60,218 nt of DNA. Source: Acidobacteriota bacterium (GTDB lineage: Bacteria; Acidobacteriota; Vicinamibacteria; Vicinamibacterales; SCN-69-37). Each line of letters opens with the position of its first letter. Position 1 is the first letter of the stretch. Shown one piece after another: positions 46,496-54,389 of this stretch. Below the pieces are notes generated by a model. That model saw nothing but the letters and a program-made list of their open reading frames with translations. It made no database searches and was not told the DNA's origin. Location: positions 1-60,218 of the forward strand of contig JBLNGH010000279.1 of the NCBI GenBank assembly GCA_050264575.1, written 5' to 3'. The position numbers and the translations under genes were made by a program.

Positions 46496-48994
46496 ATGAA
46501 GAACCTTCGATTTGCCCTGCGTGCGCTGTTCCATGCGCCGTTCGTGACGATCATCGCGATCCTGTCGCTGGCGCTCGGGATTGGCGCCAACACGGCCATC
46601 TTCTCGCTCTTCAACCAGCTCCTGCTGCAGCCCCTTCCGGTGCAGGAACCGTCCCGGCTGGTGAACCTCGGCGCGCCCGGCCCGAAGGACGGATCGACGT
46701 CCTGCAATCAGGCTGGCAACTGCGATGTCGTCTTCAGCTACCTGATGTTCCGCGACCTCGAGCGCGAGCAGAAAGTCTTCACGGGCATCGCCGCGCATCG
46801 CATCTTCGGCGTGAACATCGGCTTCGAGGGGCACACCCTCACGGGCGAGGGGATGCTCGTCTCAGGCAGCTACTTCTCAGTGCTCGGGCTGACGCCGGCC
46901 CGCGGCCGGCTGATCGACACCAACGACGATCGCACGGCGGGCCAATCGCCCGTCGCGGTCCTGGGGTATGACTACTGGCGCACGCGCTTCGCCGAGAGCC
47001 CGGCGATCGTCGGCAGCACGCTCGTCGTGAACGGCCAGCCGATGACGGTCGTGGGCGTCGCACCGCGCGGATTTCGTGGAACGACGAAAGGCAGCCGTCC
47101 GCAGATTTTCGTTCCGATCACCATGCGCGGCGCGATGGAGCCGCCGTTCGCGGCGTTCGAGAATCGCCGAAGTTACTGGGCCTATCTTTTTGCCCGGTTG
47201 AAGCCCGGCGTCTCGATCGACGAAGCGCGCCGCGGCATCAATCAGCCCTACCAGGCGATCATCAACAGCGTCGAAGCGCCGCTGCAGAGCGGCGTGAGCG
47301 AGCAGACGATGGCGCGCTTCAAGGCCAAGCAGGTCACGGTCGATCCCGGCACGCGCGGACAGAGCGACATTTTCGAGGAAGCCAGCGCGCCGTTGACGCT
47401 CCTGCTTGCGGTGACGACGGTCGTGCTCCTGATCGCGTGCGCCAACATCGCGAATCTCCTGCTCGCGCGGTCGGCCGCGCGCGCGAGCGAGATGGCGGTG
47501 CGGTTGTCGATCGGCGCGAGCCGGGGGCAGCTCGTGCGGCAGCTCCTGCTCGAGTCGTGTCTGCTCGCGCTGTTCGGCGGCGCCGCCGGTCTTCTCGTCG
47601 CGCGGTGGACGATGGCGCTGATCATGTCGCTGCTGCCGGCCGACGCGGCAAACGTGATTCAGTTCGAGCTCGACGTCCCCATCATGCTGTTTGCGGCCGC
47701 GCTCTCGGTAGGAACCGGTCTGCTCTTCGGCCTGTTCCCGGCTCTGCACAGCACCCGCCCGGATCTGGCGGCCACGCTGAAGAATCAGGCCGGCCAGCCG
47801 TCGGGCGCGCGATCGGCCGCGCGCTTCCGCCGGTGGCTCGTGGTCGGACAAATCATGCTCTCGATGGGGCTGCTCGGCGCCGCCGGGCTTTTCACCCGCA
47901 GCCTCATGAACGTCAGCAAGGTCGATCTCGGCATCGACGCGGACCGCGTGGTCACGTTCATGGTCGGGCCGCGCCGGAATGGGTACACGTTCGACCGGTC
48001 GCGCGTGTTCTTCGAGCGGCTCGAGGACGAGCTGGCGGGGATGCCCGGCGTGGTCACCGCCGCCGCCGCGCGCGTGCCGCTGCTCGCCGGCAGCAATTCC
48101 AACAATGGGGTTTCCGTACAGGGCTTCGAGGCCGGACCGGACACGAATACCAGCGCCAGCTACAACGAGATCAGCCCGGGATATTTCCGGACGATCGGCG
48201 TGCCGCTGCTGGCCGGCCGCGACTTCACGCGCGCCGACAGCCTGAAGACGGCCAAGGTCGCGATCGTCAACGAAGCGTTCGTCCGCAAGTTCAAGATGGG
48301 CCGCGACGTCGTGGGCAAACGGATGAGCCGATCCAAGGGCAACGGACCGCTGGACATCGAGATCGTCGGCCTGGTGAAAGACGCCAACTACAGCGAGGTC
48401 AAGGCCGTCGTGCCGCCGGTGTTCTTCGTGCCGTACCGGCAGAACGAGCAGATCGGCGGACTGGCGTTCTACGCGCGGACGCAGGGCAACGCCGAGGAGC
48501 TCGCGCGCAGCATTCCACCGGCCGTGGCGCGGCTCGATCCGAATCTTCCGGTGACCGAGCTCCGGACGATCCCGCAACAGATTCAGGAGAACGTGTTCCT
48601 CGATCGATTCATCAGCGTAATGTCGGCGTCGTTTGCCGCGCTGGCGACGCTGCTCGCGGCGATCGGCTTGTATGGCGTCCTGGCCTACACGGTGGCGCAG
48701 CGGACGCGCGAGTTCGGCCTGCGGATGGCGCTCGGCGCCGCGCCCACGCGTCTGGGCGGGCTCGTCATGAAGCAGGTCGTTTGGATGACGGCGATCGGCG
48801 GCGCGTGCGGACTTGCCCTGGCGATCGGGGCCGGGTTCGCGGCCCGGTCTCAGCTCTTCGGCATGGTCGCGTACGATCCGCTCGTCCTCGGGTTGGCGGC
48901 GATCGTCCTGGTGCTCGTCGCGCTCAGCGCGGGACTGGCGCCGGCGATCCGCGCGTCGCGGATCGATCCGATGCGCGCGCTCAGATATGAATAG
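46496..48994 (+). CDS. ADOP-type duplicated FtsX/MacB-like ABC transporter permease
   Basis: The ATG at 46496 gives MKNLRFALRALFHAPFVTIIAILSLALGIGANTAIFS. Two MacB-periplasmic/FtsX modules; the protein ends RIDPMRALRYE. Confidence 0.85.
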   Translation: MKNLRFALRALFHAPFVTIIAILSLALGIGANTAIFSLFNQLLLQPLPVQEPSRLVNLGAPGPKDGSTSCNQAGNCDVVFSYLMFRDLEREQKVFTGIAAHRIFGVNIGFEGHTLTGEGMLVSGSYFSVLGLTPARGRLIDTNDDRTAGQSPVAVLGYDYWRTRFAESPAIVGSTLVVNGQPMTVVGVAPRGFRGTTKGSRPQIFVPITMRGAMEPPFAAFENRRSYWAYLFARLKPGVSIDEARRGINQPYQAIINSVEAPLQSGVSEQTMARFKAKQVTVDPGTRGQSDIFEEASAPLTLLLAVTTVVLLIACANIANLLLARSAARASEMAVRLSIGASRGQLVRQLLLESCLLALFGGAAGLLVARWTMALIMSLLPADAANVIQFELDVPIMLFAAALSVGTGLLFGLFPALHSTRPDLAATLKNQAGQPSGARSAARFRRWLVVGQIMLSMGLLGAAGLFTRSLMNVSKVDLGIDADRVVTFMVGPRRNGYTFDRSRVFFERLEDELAGMPGVVTAAAARVPLLAGSNSNNGVSVQGFEAGPDTNTSASYNEISPGYFRTIGVPLLAGRDFTRADSLKTAKVAIVNEAFVRKFKMGRDVVGKRMSRSKGNGPLDIEIVGLVKDANYSEVKAVVPPVFFVPYRQNEQIGGLAFYARTQGNAEELARSIPPAVARLDPNLPVTELRTIPQQIQENVFLDRFISVMSASFAALATLLAAIGLYGVLAYTVAQRTREFGLRMALGAAPTRLGGLVMKQVVWMTAIGGACGLALAIGAGFAARSQLFGMVAYDPLVLGLAAIVLVLVALSAGLAPAIRASRIDPMRALRYE

Positions 48995-49004
48995 GAACCT
49001 GTCA

Positions 49005-49141
49005 GGGCAAAGGGCAGAGCGTAAAGGGCAAAGGGAGGGTAAGAGGGTAGAGGTAACGAGGAGAGTTTCTGCGATCGACACAGGACCTCTGCCCTTTCAC
49101 CTTTGACCTCTCCTCTGCCCTTTGCCCTCTGCCCTTTGCCC
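49005..49141. repeat. Long imperfect inverted repeat of GGGCAAAGGGCAGAG-type words (50-57-nt arms, 30-nt spacer)
   Basis: The left arm is gggcaaagggcagagcgtaaagggcaaaggg.... The reverse complement of the right arm is gggcaaagggcagagggcaaagggcagagg.... The element fills the whole convergent gap between the permease and the M14 gene. Confidence 0.85.
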
Positions 49142-52100
49142 TTACTTCGCGTCCAGCTTCCTCCCCGCGTTCAGATTGTCGAAGTTCAGCACCGTGTTGA
49201 ACACGAGGAAATAGCTGCCGATCGTCTCGCCGCGCCAGATGGGATTGTTCGCGAAGAGCACGACGTGCCCCTTCTCCACCGGGACGTCGACCGCGACGGG
49301 ACGCTGCGCGATATCGCCGCCGCCCTGCAGCAGCCCGGACACCAGCAGCTCGTTCTGGTCCGCGAAGCGCAGCGCGACGCGAGGCCGGAACTCGGGCGGG
49401 ATGATGTTGAGCGGATTTCGCAATTGCTCCTCATTCGGAAGCGTGTACTGCCACGGCCGCGCCGCCGGCGGACGCGTGGTCAGCTCGTTGCGCGGATCGA
49501 GCACCGGTCGTCCCTGAACGACGTCGGGATCATCCGGCGTGCCGCGGCCGGTCGCGCGGCTGGCGGCGCCGCCGCCCCGGCCTCCCCCGCCACCGCCGCC
49601 GCCCCCGCCACCGCCACCGCCACCGCCACCGGCGCCGATGTTCACGCTGAAGCTCGACCCGTTGTCGCTGTACATCGCGAGGCTGTCGCCGATGCCGTAG
49701 ACGATCGGACTCGCATCGTCGACGAGCTTCGTGCGCAGGAGCGAGCCAACCACGCGCGAGCCCGTCCCCGCATTGTTCGTCGTCACGCCGTGGGTCAGCC
49801 CGTATTGCACCGCGAAATTCGCGCTGCTGCCGGCGCCGATGAACACGCCGCCCTGCCTGACGAAGTCATCGAGATGCTTGAGACCGTCCCAGCCGAGCCC
49901 CGGCCGGATGTCATCGGTCTGCGCCCAGTCGCCGATGTTGGGCGTGTCGGGTGAGTTCTTCCAGGGCATCGGATTGCGGAACATCGGCATCCCCTCGATC
50001 ACCTGGAGCCCTCCGCCGCCGCCCGGCGCGAAGATGATCACGTCGTACTTCGCGCGCAGATTCGGCTCGCGCGCCACATCCTGCGTGCTGATGTACGAGA
50101 ACGGCATGCGCAGGGTGTCAAAGGCATAGCGCCACCAGCCTTCGGTCTGCGTTCCCTGCCACGTGTGCATGAGCGCGACGCGCGCGGCGCGCGCCGGATG
50201 CGTCTTCACGGACGGCGCCGCAGACAGCGCATAGGCCTTGAGACCGATTTCCGTCGTGGCTTTGTTCAAGTCGGCGGCGCTGACCTTGCTGATCAGGAAC
50301 GACCCACGGTTGAACTTCGTGCCCTGCGCCTCGAACGGCTCCTCGGCGACCTGAAAATCCGCATCCTTCAATTGATACCGCAGCGTCACCAGCGCGTTGT
50401 CCGCATTGTGATTCACGGCGAACAGCGTTGCGCCGCCGCCATTCACGGCGTTCGCCGGCATCACACCGCCCGGCGCGGCGACGGGACCCTTCACGGCTTC
50501 CATCGCAACGTCGAGCACTTTCGGATCGAGAACGCGGTATGCCTGGACCTGGAACCCCTCGGGGACCGTCCAGCCGGTATCGTCGTACGGGTTCTGCTGC
50601 GGATCGTTCGGCGCCCAGTACTGATAGTCGAGCAGCGCATCGGCGATGCGCGAGTACGGCTGATCCATGCGGACAATGTAGGTGCCGGCGGGAAACTGCC
50701 GGGTCTCGAAGGGCGGTGCGGCCGGCGGCGCGTCTTCCGCCCCGGCGCCGGCTCCGGCGCCGCCTGCGCCCTGTGCCGCGCCACCACCTGCCGCGCCACC
50801 ACCACTTGCCGCGCCACCACCACCTGGCGCGCCTCCTCCGGCGGCGCCCCCGCCTCGACCACCGCGGCCGGCGCCGGCCGCCCGGCGAACGGGAACCTGT
50901 GCGGAGAACTCAGCCGTCGCGCGCGAGATCTCGACGCGCTGTTTCTGCAGCACGCGCAAGAGCTCCGCTTGCGCGCCCAACCGGGGATCGTTGGCCGGCA
51001 GGATGTAGGCGGACGGGCCTTCGGTCTTCGCCTTCAGAATCGATCGCTTGCTCTTCTCGTAGAAATTCCGCAGGAACAGCAGACGGTTGTTGGCAAAGTG
51101 ATTCAGCGAGATCAGGAGTCCCGTCTGCTCGTAATTGTTGTTGTTGCGCAGCGACCACATGACGCGCGGCAGCGGCGGATTCTGACGGTACCAGGTGCGC
51201 GATGTCTGGTTCGGCTGGAGCGTTCGCTCCTGCGTGTCGGCGCTGCCGCTGTTGCCGAACGTCTCGTACAGCCGGCTGATGCCGTTGTGCGTCGCCGCGA
51301 CGAACATCAGGTAGCCCGGCGACCAGGTGTCGAACGTTCCGAACGCGAAGACCCCCGGCATCCCCATTCGCGTCATCTCGTTGACGTTGTTCCAGCCGAT
51401 GAGGTGCCACTCGTTCGTGAGGATCGGATCGAGCCAGGCGTTGTACGGTCCGTCGCCGATCGTGTTGTCGTACAGGTACGGCACCGATTCGTGCAGATCG
51501 TGGAGCACCTGCGCCTTCCAGTCGACGAACGCGTTCATGACGTTCTCGGTGAGCTTCAACGTCACGCCCATCGCGTCGCGGTTGTTGTCGTGCGCGACGT
51601 ACTTGCCCCAGTAGATCGGACCCGGCACGGTGCGGTCGGGGTACTTCTTGCGGTAGTTGTAGAGATCGACGACGCGATCGCGTCCGTCCGTCTCGACGAT
51701 GGGCGTGATCAGCGTGATGAGGTTCTCGCGGATGTTCCGCACGTACGGACTGTCGTCGACGGCCAGCCGGTACGCGAGCTCCATGAGCGCCGTCGGCGCG
51801 CCGGCTTCGGGCGCGTGAATCGTCCCGGTGATGTAGTACACGGGCGCGGCGCGCTTCGCGATCTCGTCCGCCAGCGCATCGTTCATGCTCATCGTCCGCG
51901 GGTCGGCCAGCTTCGCGAGATCGGCTTTGTTCTGATCGAGCCTGGCCATCAGGGCTTCGGACGCGACCGCGACCGCGATCATCTCGCGCCCTTCTTCCGA
52001 TTTCCCGATCGAGTAGACCTTGACGCGCGGCGTGGATTTCGCCAGCAGCCGCATGTACTCGTTCACCTCTTTGGTGTACGGCAGCTTGCCGGGCGCCCCG

Positions 52101-52387
52101 GCGATGTCACCGAGGACGGCCTTCGGCGTCGGCACGGTCTTCGACGCGGGCAGGTAGTCGACGAGCGGCGACAGGAAGAACGTCTCGGTCGTGTACTCCT
52201 TTATCTTCTTGGTGTACTCCTCGTCGATGGGTTGATTGGGATCGCGTCCGGCCCGCGCCGTGGCCAGATCGACGGCCGACGAGGACTTGGCCGGAGGCCG
52301 GGATTGATCGGCCAGCAGAATGACGGGCGCCACCGCACATGCGGCGCAGAGACCGAGAAGAAGACGACGGACCACGGAAAGGCTCAT
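49142..52387 (-). CDS. Exported M14-family (carboxypeptidase-like) protein, 1081 aa, with Gly-rich inserts
   Basis: The ATG at 52387 gives the signal MSLSVVRRLLLGLCAACAVAPVILLA. The M14-like segment is YYITGTIHAPEAGAPTALMELAY...ITPIVETDGRD. It has a run of 17 consecutive Gly residues ([23 protein letters not shown]) and a GA-rich insert. Confidence 0.8.
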   Translation of the reverse strand: MSLSVVRRLLLGLCAACAVAPVILLADQSRPPAKSSSAVDLATARAGRDPNQPIDEEYTKKIKEYTTETFFLSPLVDYLPASKTVPTPKAVLGDIAGAPGKLPYTKEVNEYMRLLAKSTPRVKVYSIGKSEEGREMIAVAVASEALMARLDQNKADLAKLADPRTMSMNDALADEIAKRAAPVYYITGTIHAPEAGAPTALMELAYRLAVDDSPYVRNIRENLITLITPIVETDGRDRVVDLYNYRKKYPDRTVPGPIYWGKYVAHDNNRDAMGVTLKLTENVMNAFVDWKAQVLHDLHESVPYLYDNTIGDGPYNAWLDPILTNEWHLIGWNNVNEMTRMGMPGVFAFGTFDTWSPGYLMFVAATHNGISRLYETFGNSGSADTQERTLQPNQTSRTWYRQNPPLPRVMWSLRNNNNYEQTGLLISLNHFANNRLLFLRNFYEKSKRSILKAKTEGPSAYILPANDPRLGAQAELLRVLQKQRVEISRATAEFSAQVPVRRAAGAGRGGRGGGAAGGGAPGGGGAASGGGAAGGGAAQGAGGAGAGAGAEDAPPAAPPFETRQFPAGTYIVRMDQPYSRIADALLDYQYWAPNDPQQNPYDDTGWTVPEGFQVQAYRVLDPKVLDVAMEAVKGPVAAPGGVMPANAVNGGGATLFAVNHNADNALVTLRYQLKDADFQVAEEPFEAQGTKFNRGSFLISKVSAADLNKATTEIGLKAYALSAAPSVKTHPARAARVALMHTWQGTQTEGWWRYAFDTLRMPFSYISTQDVAREPNLRAKYDVIIFAPGGGGGLQVIEGMPMFRNPMPWKNSPDTPNIGDWAQTDDIRPGLGWDGLKHLDDFVRQGGVFIGAGSSANFAVQYGLTHGVTTNNAGTGSRVVGSLLRTKLVDDASPIVYGIGDSLAMYSDNGSSFSVNIGAGGGGGGGGGGGGGGGGGRGGGAASRATGRGTPDDPDVVQGRPVLDPRNELTTRPPAARPWQYTLPNEEQLRNPLNIIPPEFRPRVALRFADQNELLVSGLLQGGGDIAQRPVAVDVPVEKGHVVLFANNPIWRGETIGSYFLVFNTVLNFDNLNAGRKLDAK

Positions 52388-52427
52388 TGAGCGACCTCGC
52401 ACCGCGCAATTGTAAGCAATAAGCGAG

Positions 52428-52533
52428 ACAAGAGCCGAGAAGTACGCTGGGCAAGGGCCGGGAAGTACGCTGGACAAGAGCGGAGAAGTACTGGAACTCG
52501 CGCGTGGAGTACGCCGTCAAAAACCGCGAGTAC
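52428..52533. promoter_or_regulatory. Three 23-nt tandem repeats plus two further half-sites: five (A/G)AGTAC motifs phased at 23, 23, 21 and 21 nt in a divergent promoter region
   Basis: The repeats are acaagagccgagaagtacgctgg, gcaagggccgggaagtacgctgg and acaagagcggagaagtactgga. AGTAC occurs at 52441, 52464, 52487, 52508 and 52529. Confidence 0.5.
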
Positions 52534-52556
52534 AGGCCCATACTCTAGAGTTGCCG

Positions 52557-54389
52557 ATGACCTTCATCCTTTTCATGACCCTGACGTTGGCGCCGCAGGC
52601 ACAAGGCGGGCGCGGACGCGAGGGCGGCGGACCGGTGCCCGCGACCGGCACCGGCGTGATCATCGGACGCGTCGTCGAGGGCAACACGACGAGCGCCGTG
52701 GCCGGAACCGTCGTCACGATCACCGGCGCCGGCGGCGGGGTCAATCAACGGGTGCGCGTGGACGCGTCCGGCCGCTTCCTGTTTCGCGACCTCCCCGTCG
52801 GCGAGTTCAGCGTCGTCGCGACCAGGTCCGGGTACGTCGGCGGCGCGGCGGGACAACGATCGCCGAATGGACCGCCGCGTCCCTTGGAGCTGGCGGCCGG
52901 CGAGCGGGTCAGCGATCTCACGCTTCGGCTGTGGCAAGCCGGCGCCATCGCCGGAACAATCGTCGACGAGGCGGGGGACCCGGTCGTCGGGATCAAGGTG
53001 GCGCTCGCGGAGCGGCGCTTGATCAACGGCCGGCGGCGTCTGGCGCCGGGACAGAACTTCGCGGCGACCACCGACGACCGCGGAACGTACCGATTCGGGT
53101 CCGTGCCACCCGGCGACTACTACGTCGTCGCGCGCACTTCCGAGGAGGAAGTTGCGCGGGGATTGATGTCGCTCGTCGCCGGCGATCCCGGCGTCATTTT
53201 TTCGCTTGCCTCAAAAGCGATGGGCGGCCGGCCGCAGGATTTGCTCGGCTTCGAGGCGGCGCTGAGCGTTTACCCCCCGATTTTCCATCCGTCTGCGGCG
53301 CTCCCATCGCAAGCGACGGTGGTCACGATCACGTCAGGCGAGGTCCGGGAAGGTGTGGACATTCGAATGAAGGTCGTCCCGCTCGCACGGCTCGCGGGCA
53401 CGTTCGCGGGCCTCGGCAGCGAGACGCCCGGGGCCGTTCAGGTGCGACTCGTGCTGCCGGACGCCGACGGATCCGAATTCGAAGTCGCGAGGGCGATTGA
53501 CACGAGCAACGGTAAGTTCGATTTCCTCGCCGTGCCGTCCGGCCGCTTCACGCTGCGCGCCTACCAGGCGGCGGCAATGGCTCGGCCGGCGCCGGGGGCA
53601 CAGGGAGGAGTCGTCGACGCCGGGCGAGGCGGACGAGGATCGGGGCCGCCGCCGGTGTCCGCCGATCCCGCGTACTGGGCGTCGATGCCGATCGAGCTCA
53701 ACGGCCTCGAATCTCAGAACGTTTCGCTGATGATGCAGCGCGGCGTCGCGATCAGAGGGAGGATCGAGTTCGACGGCACCGCCCCGCGCCCCGAAGCCGA
53801 CCAGCTCGAACGCATGGTTGTGACGCTTGCCGCCGAGGATCTGCTGACGGTCGGCATGAACCTGCGCGCCAAAGTCGAGTCAGACGGAACGTTCAGGACG
53901 GGCAGCGTCCCGCCGGGCAAGTACCGACTGCGAGTCTCGCCGATCGGCGTGTGGTTTCCGAAATCGGCGATGGTCGAAGGCCGCGATGTCATCGACGAAG
54001 CGCTCGAGGTCGAGACCGCCGACGTCTCGAACATCGTCATCACGTCGAGCGATCGGCCGCTCGGAAGCGTGAGCGGCACCGTGCGGACGGCGCGCGGCGA
54101 TCCGGATCCCGACGCGCTCGTCGCGATTTTCCCGGCCGACCCGCGGCTTCGCACCGATCTCAGCGGCACGGGCCGGCGGCTGCGCCTCGCGCGGACGACC
54201 AAAAACGGCCTGTACCGCATTCCCGGATTGCCGGCCGGCGAGTACCTCATCGTCGCCGGCGGCGACGAGCTGTTCGATAACTGGCTCGAAGCGAGCGCGC
54301 TCCAGACGCTCTCGCAGCGGGCGACGCCGATCGAGATTGGGGACGGCACCGCGAAAAACCAGGAACTGAAGCGCGGGAGCGTGCGATGA
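52557..54389 (+). CDS. Exported CarboxypepD_reg-like (Ig/transthyretin-fold) repeat protein
   Basis: Signal MTFILFMTLTLAPQAQG. Repeated units of the type G.V.D..G.P..GV.V......TDD.G.YRF..LPPG.Y. Confidence 0.72.
   Translation: MTFILFMTLTLAPQAQGGRGREGGGPVPATGTGVIIGRVVEGNTTSAVAGTVVTITGAGGGVNQRVRVDASGRFLFRDLPVGEFSVVATRSGYVGGAAGQRSPNGPPRPLELAAGERVSDLTLRLWQAGAIAGTIVDEAGDPVVGIKVALAERRLINGRRRLAPGQNFAATTDDRGTYRFGSVPPGDYYVVARTSEEEVARGLMSLVAGDPGVIFSLASKAMGGRPQDLLGFEAALSVYPPIFHPSAALPSQATVVTITSGEVREGVDIRMKVVPLARLAGTFAGLGSETPGAVQVRLVLPDADGSEFEVARAIDTSNGKFDFLAVPSGRFTLRAYQAAAMARPAPGAQGGVVDAGRGGRGSGPPPVSADPAYWASMPIELNGLESQNVSLMMQRGVAIRGRIEFDGTAPRPEADQLERMVVTLAAEDLLTVGMNLRAKVESDGTFRTGSVPPGKYRLRVSPIGVWFPKSAMVEGRDVIDEALEVETADVSNIVITSSDRPLGSVSGTVRTARGDPDPDALVAIFPADPRLRTDLSGTGRRLRLARTTKNGLYRIPGLPAGEYLIVAGGDELFDNWLEASALQTLSQRATPIEIGDGTAKNQELKRGSVR

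Noticed and set aside
43789-52390. ORFs 43789..44739 (+), 44884..46305 (+), 46877..49081 (-), 47437..48990 (+) and 50165..52390 (+)
   Set aside because: They are antisense or alternative-frame shadows of the M28, FAD/Rieske, ADOP permease and M14 genes.
52388-52556. Sigma-54 (-24 GG / -12 GC) promoter for the operons near the NtrC-type regulator (also checked at 46345-46495)
   Set aside because: No GG-N10-GC with TTGC-like context at correct spacing was found on either strand by eye. A genome-wide matrix scan is needed.
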